DNA from: Ptychomitrium polyphyllum | Taxonomy: Eukaryota | Length of the DNA stretch: 64,000 bases | Direction: 5' to 3' | NCBI GenBank assembly: GCA_973851085.1 | Contig: OZ316776.1 | Location: 15,314,001-15,378,000, forward strand | Part shown: in pieces, positions 55,780 to 64,000 of the stretch | Numbering within the stretch: position 1 is the stretch's first letter | How the letters are laid out: every line of letters starts with the position of its first letter | The notes under the pieces: model-generated | What the model was told of the DNA's origin: nothing | Database searches by the model: none | The model's input: only the letters and a program-made list of their open reading frames with translations | Made by a program: the position numbers and the translations under genes

Positions 55780-55784
55780 GTCCC

Positions 55785-58700
55785 AATAGAGACCATGCGA
55801 TTGAACACTACAAGGAAACGACCATCAAATCGAGGTCTCTTACTACCTTCAAGCCCTACCTCTTGTTTTACATTTCTTATCAAAATTAAGTTGTTGGATG
55901 ATGAAATAATTAGTGAGGCTCTTTTAGACATTGGTGCAACAGCATGTTTCATGAACAAGGATTTTGCAACCAAACATCACATGGTGCTTGTGAAGAAAAA
56001 ATATCCCGCACCTGTTGAAGTTATTGATGGACGATCTCTTGTGTCTAGTAACATTACTGAAGAAACTCAACCCCTAGAGGTTGTTTTAGGAGATCAGGCA
56101 TCTAAGATTGTCTTCAACATCATTCAATACCAAACAAATCCTATTGTTTTGGGCCTTCCTTGGTTTGAATTACATACTCCAGATATTGACTAGTGCTCAC
56201 GGAGTGTAGTCTCAAAGAAAAGACGCCAAGGTACAAGAAATCTTGGACCATCATTCATTGGAGCTAAGGCATTTATGAGAGCGGCAAATAATGAACCAAT
56301 CTATGCCATTTATGCAACCCCAATGTCTAGCTCTACAATAGAGACTAATCAAAACATACCTCATCAATATCAAGATTATAAAGACGTTTTTGAGAAGAAG
56401 AATGCGGACATTTTATTAAAGCATCGGCTTTACGATTGTACCATTGAGTTGCAAGAAGGAGCCCAATCACCTTTTGGACCTATTTATAACTTATCACAAA
56501 TGAGTTGGCTGCTTTGAGAGAATATATTGATGAAAACCTTGGAAAGGGTTTCATTCAACACTCTAAATCACCTGTTAGAGCACCCATTCTATTTGTAAAG
56601 AAAAAAGATGGATCATTACATATGTGCGTGGACTATGGAGGCCTCAATAAAGTAACAAAAAAGAATCACTATCCATTACTATTAATCTCATGACTCCTAC
56701 AACAACTTGGCCAAGCAAAGATATTCATCAAAATCAATCTTAAAGGAGCCTACAATCTTGTGCGCACCAAAGAAGGAGACAAATGGAAGACAACTTTTCG
56801 ATCTAAGTATGGTCATTTTGAATACAATGTCATGCCTTTTGGCCTTACTAATGCTCCCGTAGTCTTCCAACATATGATAAATGATATCTTCCATGAACAT
56901 CTGGATGATTTTATAATCATTTACTTAGATGACATTTTGATATATTCAAAGGATGAACAAGACTACAAATGTCATATGCGACTGGTCTTAGAAAAATTAC
57001 GCTAGCAAGGATTATATGCCAAATTAGAGAAGTGCCTTTTCCATGAATCCTGGATTGAATTTTTAAGCTACATCATTTCCAAAGGAGGAATCCATATGGA
57101 TAAGAAAAAATTAAGCATTGTCATGGAGTAGAGTACGCCAAGATCAATTTGAGATGTTCAATACTTCTTGGAATTTGTAAACTTCTATAAGATATTCATT
57201 AAGGATTATTCCAAGATTGCAGCACCATTAATACGTCTTACGGGAAAGCAAAAATTCATTTGGGATGAAGAGGCGGAAAAAACATTTCAAAGTCTTAAGA
57301 AGTCATTCACATTGTATTCATCCAAATCAATCAAAGCTTTTTTATTTGGAAGCCGATGCCTCAGATTTAGTGCTTGGCTCAGTACGCTCACAATATAATG
57401 AAGACGGGAAACTTCACCCTCTTGCCTTTCGTTCAAGGAAGTTCTCAGCGGCAGAGATCAATTATGATATACATGATAAAGAACTACTTGCAATTGTGGA
57501 TGCGTTTGAAGAATGGCGACACTTATTGGAAGGAGCTCAACATACCATTACGATATACACAGACTACAAGAACTTGGAGTATTTCATGAGTGCGCGTGTT
57601 TTAAATCGCCGTTAAGCAAGGTGAAGTATGTCGCTTTCCATATTTGACTTTGTCATTATCTATTGATCTGATAGCTTGCAAGGTAAGCCAGATGCCTTAT
57701 TTCGAAGATCTTATTTAGCTCCTCAACCTGGAGATGATGTTTTGAATTAACAAAGGACTATTTTATTGAAGCCTGAGAATCTTCAATTGAAAGCAACCAT
57801 TATTACAACATTTCATCTTGACGAAATTCGAAAGGCTTTAAAGAATGACGTCTTTGTTTCAAATATAAAGAAGCGCCTCAAACACAATGGAAATCCTTCA
57901 AACAGCGATGAGGACTTTGAATTCCAAGAGGGCCTACTTTATTATAAAGAACTTTTGTACCTACCTCTAGGTCCTTTGCAGTTGAAGATCCTTCTAGCAC
58001 GTCATGATTTTCCAGCAGCAGGACATTTTGGATTCAATAAAACAATGGAGTTGATTGCTAGAGACTATTGGTGGCCACAAATGTGGAAGTATGTGAAGAA
58101 CTTTGTTCGATCATGCAACACTTGTGCAAGAGCCAAGGTACCAAGGCACCAACCTCATGGTCTCCTCCATCCACTTCTAGTGCCAAAGGGTCCATGGTTG
58201 TTTTTATCAATGGATTTTATCACGGACCTTCCAAACTCCGATTCTAAGGATTCTATTTAGTAGTGGTAAATCAATTTACCAAAATAGCACATTTTATTCC
58301 ATGCAACAAGACAATAATGGGAGAAGAAACTGCCAAATTGTTCCTAAATCACGTCTAGCGCATATATGGACTACCAGATGATATTGTATCCGATCAGGGG
58401 CCGCAGTTCATTTCCAACTTTTGGAAGGCTCTATTCCAGCTGTTGCATGTAAAGATCAATCTTTCTTCAGCACACCATCCGCAAACTGATGGCCAAACCA
58501 AACGTGTAAATCAAATTTTGGAGCTGTATTTTCGTTGTAGCATAAACTACCAGCAAGACAATTGGATAGACCTCTTGCCTTTGGCTGAATTTGCTTACAA
58601 CAATACGATGCATTCTTTAACAAGTCAAAGTCCATTTTTTGTAAACTATGGCCATTATCCTCGAGCAGATCCATTTCAAATGAAGCATGTTGGAAGTCTT

Positions 58701-59258
58701 GTAGTAGAGGATTTTGCAATTCAACTTGCTAAAATCCATCAAGAATTTACCTTCCAGTTACAACAAGCTCAAGATCGTTACAAAACTTATGCAGATCGCC
58801 ATCGGAAGGACCATCCAAAGTTCAAGGTTGGAGATAGCGTATGGCTCCTACGATAAAATATACAAACAAAAAGACCATCAAAGAAGTTGGACTATCAAAG
58901 GCTTGGACCGTTTGAAATCAACAAACAAATAAATCCGGTTAGTTATTGCCTAAAGCTACCACCAAGCATACAAATTCATCTAGTATTCCACGTATCGTTG
59001 TTGGAAACCTATAACAAATCATGTATACTAGAGAAAATTGTCCCTCTACTTCCTCCGCTGGAAATCAATAATGAAATTGAATATGAAGTAGAAGAGAACT
59101 TAGATTCACGCATCAAGAACGGAGGTGTGGAATACTTTATACACTGGCAAGGATATGGCATCAATAACCAAACATGAGAACTTTCAACAAATGTAACAAA
59201 TGCATCCGAAAAGGTACTCGAATTTCATCAAAGATATCCTCAGAAACCAGGTCAGTGA
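55785..59258 (+). pseudogene. pol: pol polyprotein pseudogene (protease, RT, RNase H, integrase, chromodomain)
   Basis: [96 protein letters not shown]. Chromodomain: EYEVEENLDSR..YFIHWQGY. Multiple stops. Confidence 0.95.
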
Positions 59259-59896
59259 TGACGTGTCATAAGTAGCCGTTAGCTTCACAAAGAAGTTTTT
59301 CTTTCATAAATAAGTATAAGAAGGGAAGAGAGATATCTAAACCTCCAATTGTATGCAGCATTTTTTCCAAGATAAATCGTTTCTAGATCCTAGCTAGTAT
59401 GTCAAGTCTTTGTGTTATCATGGATATGCGTAGAAAGCAGTCGGTCATGCCTTCATCAACAACACCATATGTTGAATCAATTCAACTTTCTCAGCCTTCA
59501 GTAATGGAGGATCTAAGCCAAGATATGAGAGGGACATTCCAACGTTGAGTACGACCTTGTGCTGAAGTATTGGCTGGTTGCCCTTCACATTCTAGTCTTG
59601 ATTCAAATGCTCACGCTCTAGTTATCTTGTTAGAACTGGAAGATTTACTCTTGGAAGACTCGAGATCTTATTTGGAGGATGTTTTGAAGGACTTAATTAA
59701 GATCAGATCTTGGGATGAGACATTTCAACAACAGAAGTCTTGGTTGGTGGCCATCGACGCTTCTTGCAAGGACCAGTTGAACCAGTGAACAAAGAACAAC
59801 AAGCAGAGTATGTTGCTTCACTCCTTCGACAAATTTTGGAATTTGTAGATATGTGATAAACAAGTCAAGAAAAAGCTCCTCATGGGACTTGTCGCT

Positions 59897-59910
59897 AAAT
59901 GGGAAGGTAA
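59897..59910 (+). other. Polypurine tract (degenerate)
   Basis: AAATGGGAAGGTAA lies immediately 5' of the 3' LTR. Confidence 0.75.
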
Positions 59911-60463
59911 TGTTACGGACATAGATCATGCAACATAGTCCTTAGAACATTCTAGAACCTTCTAGTATACTATAATAGCTTCTTAGAATACTTTTTAGAT
60001 GTCTCCATAGTTTTTCCATGTTCTTAGGAAGCTTCCTAGAAAAGTTCTTCCACCTCAAGAAATTTCCTAGGAAGGTTCTATCATCTTAGATAGCTTCGTA
60101 GGAAACTTCCTACGAAGATTCCATCACCTTAGAAAACTTCCTAGAAAGATTCCAACTCCTTGGAAGCTTCTTAGGAAGGTTCCAACATCTTAGGAAACTT
60201 CTTGGGAGGGTTCCCTAGACTTCCAAAACATTCTTAAGCCTTGTAAGAAGCTTCTTTAGAAGTATCCTAGGAGATACAAACATCATAATATAAATAAAAG
60301 GCAAGACAAGGTATTTCTTACTCTTGCCAACACAAGTTGTGGATCATCTTGAATCTTCCCTTGTTCTAGTTTTTGTATCAAGTTCTTATTAATCATTAGC
60401 TCTCTGGAAGCTAATTCTTGGAAAATACTTCGTTTCTGCTTCTTATTTCTTGTGTCTCTATCA
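59911..60463 (+). repeat. 3' LTR (553 bp)
   Basis: TGTTACGGAC...TGTCTCTATCA. It has fewer internal tandem units than the 5' LTR. Confidence 0.95.
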
Positions 60464-61389
60464 ATAATAGCTTTAAATATCCTTGCAAATATCCCTTTGT
60501 TTCGTCTGCAACCTTTGTTTTTCCTTTGCATGCCTGTTCCTACATTGCATTGTTTCTTGCCGTACTTTCTTTTTGTTGCTTCATTCTCCACCTTGCCTTC
60601 AATTCTACTTTCTACTTTTTGCATTGCGTTCATTTCCAATTTTAGACTTTAAAATGACTGATGTATGTGAGATATGTGGTTTTAAGAAGATTGTAGGCAT
60701 CCAATAAGCAGAGATTTCTCTTTGTGGTAGCAACTAAGTTTCTTACTCTAATTCCATTCCTTAATTAAACACCTTAGTTAAAAATTACTCTTAATAAAAA
60801 CCATACTCTCTTTAGCCTCTTATTTATCAAAATATACCAATATGTTTGTGCTAAAACTGAGCAAGTAGGTTGCATACCTTGCCTAGAACTTACATACCAA
60901 ATCTCAATATTACTAGAGCTTTGAGCAAGCTGTGGTGATCAAATCCTTCAAGATGACTTTCTAGTTCTAACACTGCCCTGCACATACCGATTGCAAAAAC
61001 AAGCATTTCTCCCATTCAACGTATACAATCGACTTAAAATTTGGACTTTTAAGCGGCTAGAATTTTGTAATTTGTTTTGTCATGTGCTTAGATTTGCTTC
61101 AAGGCCAACAAGAGTCGTCATTAAATGTTAGGTTTCTTATAAATTTAGGCATATTCAAATCTTTAATAATACTAGATTCTTTGAATATTAAATTAATTGG
61201 AATCATCAACTAATGTAGATGTCAAATAGTTCTCAGATTCCAATTTTATAAGAATTATAAATTTTTTGAAGGCTTTCCATATTGTTTTATTTTGTTCCTC
61301 TCTCCTCAACCATAAGCCTATACTTTCTCAAAGTTCAATGTCTATAGATGCTTTAGATTTTTATCCAAAAATTGGTGAAATGTTTCACT

Positions 61390-62310
61390 GCAATATATAA
61401 CAATGACCTTCAAAGGCAAGATTATTGTTCATTGCAATCTCTTTTAAAATTCATCAAAAAAGTGTTTGGCACCAAACATTCTTTCTCATAGCATAGCAAT
61501 GTTCATAATCTACCAATGTCATAGAAATTTAAAGACATCTAAAATCTTCAATTTTTGTAGATATTTGAGTCGAGTGAAGGTCAAAAGAAGAGTTTTGAAA
61601 AGTCTGTTTTCAATTTCAACAAAGAGTATTTGGCTCCAAACACTTTTTCTTAAAGCATAGCATTAATAATAATCTATCAAAGTTGTAGATTTTGAATTTG
61701 AAGAATGTTGAAATCTTTAGCAAGTGTAGATATCCGAGTCGAATGAACTCCAAGGGTTGAGTTTTGAAGAACCTGTATTCAGTTTCAAAAAACAGTGTTC
61801 AAAGCCAAACATTCTTTTTCAAAGTTTAGAATTGTTCAAAATCTACAAGGATCATAGAACTGTTGTCGAAAGAGTGTTGAAATGTTCAGCTGCAATTCAT
61901 ATCAATGATTTCATGGGGTTGATAGTTCAATACTTAGCAACCTGTTCTCAGGTTTGAAAAACAGGATTTGGCGCCAACCACTCTTTTTTACAAGCTTTTT
62001 AATCTTGATTCTAAAGTTTGTTTGGAATTTCAGGTCTAAATAAAGGAATATCTCCTTAGCTAGAGTAGAACTAAAAATATTTGAAAATCAATTTGAGCTT
62101 TAAAAATGAGTGTCTGGTGCTGAACTCTTTTTATAAAAGTTTTTTAAATTTTTCAACTTGCAAATGCTACAAGTTAACTTATTCATGACGCTTCAAAATC
62201 ATTGAATAAGTAAAATTCAACCTCTTAACTCCACTTTGAGTCTTTTCTTTGATCATTGATTTGAACATGAAAATGAGAGCTTAGGGCCAAATCCATTTTT
62301 GCAAAGCTTC
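61390..62310. repeat. Degenerate tandem array of ~165-170-bp units (about 6 copies)
   Basis: A recurring core TTTGG..CCAAAC.(C/T)TTTT...AAGC appears near 61466, 61630, 61800, 61968, 62112 and 62282. GTAGATAT..GAGTCGA.TGAA recurs at 61557 and 61726, 169 bp apart. Confidence 0.7.
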
Positions 62311-64000
62311 TTGTATTTATATTATACTTATTTATTTTGTTTGAATTTTCAAAATGCAAAAGATGTCTTTGATCAACTCCAATACTAAGTCAGAGGATTC
62401 TCAACAATCTTGAAGTGCCTTGCAAATTTAGTGGATGCTAATGAGGATGAGAGAGTGAGATGGCGCCATCAAATGTTAGATTACCTCTCAATTTTGAACA
62501 ACATGCACGTCTTCAACAATTAGTTCTATATTCTTTTGTATAGGATTATTTTCCTTCCACAAGTGCATCCTATTTAGAAGATAGACATTCAATCTTTGAA
62601 AAAGCGCTTCATTAATGGATATATAGATGGAGTCAAGTCATTATACATTTCAATTCATGATGATAAGGAGAATTCCATTGTAAAAAATTTATACTATCCA
62701 ATGAATAAACTTATATCTTAAATTTGATTAAAAGAATGTTGTTTGAATAATGGTGATGGATATCAAATATATATTTTCTACTTAATTCCAAAAATCTTTA
62801 TTACTTCATCATCATAGCTTAGCCAATGAAATAAAAGCGTGTAGATTTTTATTAATTGGTATTATTATTCAACCATCAATAAATTCAATTTTAAAACAAT
62901 GAGATGATATAGAATTAAATTATAGGTATATGTATTGTTAAAAGTGTATGCTTTTCTATTTGTAAAGTTAATGAAGCATGCATGCAAATTAATTGTGTTT
63001 AATTATTAAAAAAAATAAGAACTCAATATTCCTTACAATGGAACAAAACAAGAATTTTGGAACTATAATAGTCTGTATTGATTTAACTCAAATCAAATTA
63101 AATGATTTATAAAATATGCAATCTAAATTTAAATTTAGTGTCTTTTGACTATTATGGCTCATCTATTGATAAGAAATTTACTATAAAACTATAAAAACAT
63201 AACAATCATCTTTAATAAATTTAACTTTTTAAAAATTTATTTCATTTTTAAGATTATTTTGGAACTATACAATTTCCCATAATGAACATGATGTTTAAGA
63301 AGGAAATTGCTATATACTAAAGTTCTATTGAAAACATAGCTAGTGCAATGAACCTATTATTTTCATCCTTAATATACTAATAGAATGTACCTTATAATAA
63401 CACTGACAACATGGAGCCTTATTGCACCAACACTTATTCTTAAGCATGAAGTTTTAACTATTGATGAATGTAAGAGGACCTTGGTTGCAGGTCTTAAATT
63501 TACATTTTACAGACCATGGTATGAATCTGCAGAGATCCACTGGCTGGTGTGTTTGAGAATAGCATGCCACCAGATGTGACTTCCCTTGAAGGTAAGAGCA
63601 ACGAGGTCCTTATTGTGTAAGGGACAGGAAATACTACACCAGGAAGATAGCCCAGCTTCACATTATCGACAAATATGGTTTTAGATTTTTCAAGTGTTTC
63701 AGAATCCAGAAATGACCACTTCAGTCCCAGGAATTTCTGGTTGATTGTTCACAAAACCACCACATTGCTCAAGCCTCACTAAAGTCTGAAAGTTTAAAAT
63801 CAGGGTTTGAATACCGGTACTAAGTGCCAAGTAGCGAGTGCAAATAATTGAGGTTGATCAAATTGTAGCGACAAAGGCATATTATCAAGTTTACATTTCC
63901 AAGTTGCGAGTCTCACAGAAGAGTAAAGCCAGACGGTGTCCAGGAACTGAAGGAGAGGGCCAACTTATCATAGTGTTTCTATAACTGCAAATCGCCGCCG

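Larger units (their letters stand above)
53700..55789 (+). pseudogene. gag: gag (PEG10/sushi-like capsid plus CCHC knuckle), interrupted by two solo LTRs
   Basis: KISMPDKFDGSRSKLRGFVQQV, LQQGQRSAATYAAEFR, GPEPIQID. After removing the insertions the knuckle reads CLHCGKSG(Y)KVHDC and the stop TAG is at 55787-55789. Several premature stops are present. Confidence 0.9.
52770..60463 (+). mobile_element. Decayed Ty3/gypsy chromovirus LTR retrotransposon (Tcn1/Tf1-sushi-like) with two nested solo LTRs
   Basis: Order: LTR (TG..CA) - PBS - gag - PR - RT - RH - IN - chromodomain - PPT - LTR, with many stops and frameshifts. If the host is P. patens it may be the abundant RLG1-type family (inference). 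Confidence 0.95.

Noticed and set aside
63490..63600. Exon-like segment with AG acceptors and an AAG|GTAAG donor near the right edge
   Set aside because: Too short to assign a frame or product; may belong to a gene outside the window.

Overview
Eukaryotic, intron-rich plant DNA. Gene content, AT-rich intergenic DNA and the retrotransposon type suggest a moss such as Physcomitrium (inference, not proven). Six intact-looking protein genes can be built by hand: fimbrin (14 exons, -), an intronless 4R-MYB/SNAPC4-like gene (+), a GH31 alpha-glucosidase (+), an mTERF (-), an ARMC6-like armadillo protein (+) and a PMEI-PME pectin methylesterase (-). From 52.8 to 60.5 kb lies a decayed Ty3/gypsy chromovirus with two same-family solo LTRs nested in its gag, and a third solo LTR sits at 21.4 kb. 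The most notable observations are: (1) a 65-aa, GC3-rich ORF with two hydrophobic segments lying between the TATA box and the SNAPC4-like ORF, a candidate bicistronic mRNA or microprotein; (2) a retrotransposon PBS complementary to the element's own predicted transcript 5' end, suggesting Tf1-type tRNA-independent self-priming; (3) heat-shock-element arrays in the LTR U3, a reconstructable -1 gag-pol frameshift and a possible extra 3' ORF; (4) an 8-nt micro-exon and a hidden alternative acidic first exon with a GC donor in ARMC6; (5) a nested hairpin near 1.0-1.2 kb. The region 1.5-13 kb has no recognisable intact gene. All exon coordinates were read manually and need RNA-seq confirmation.
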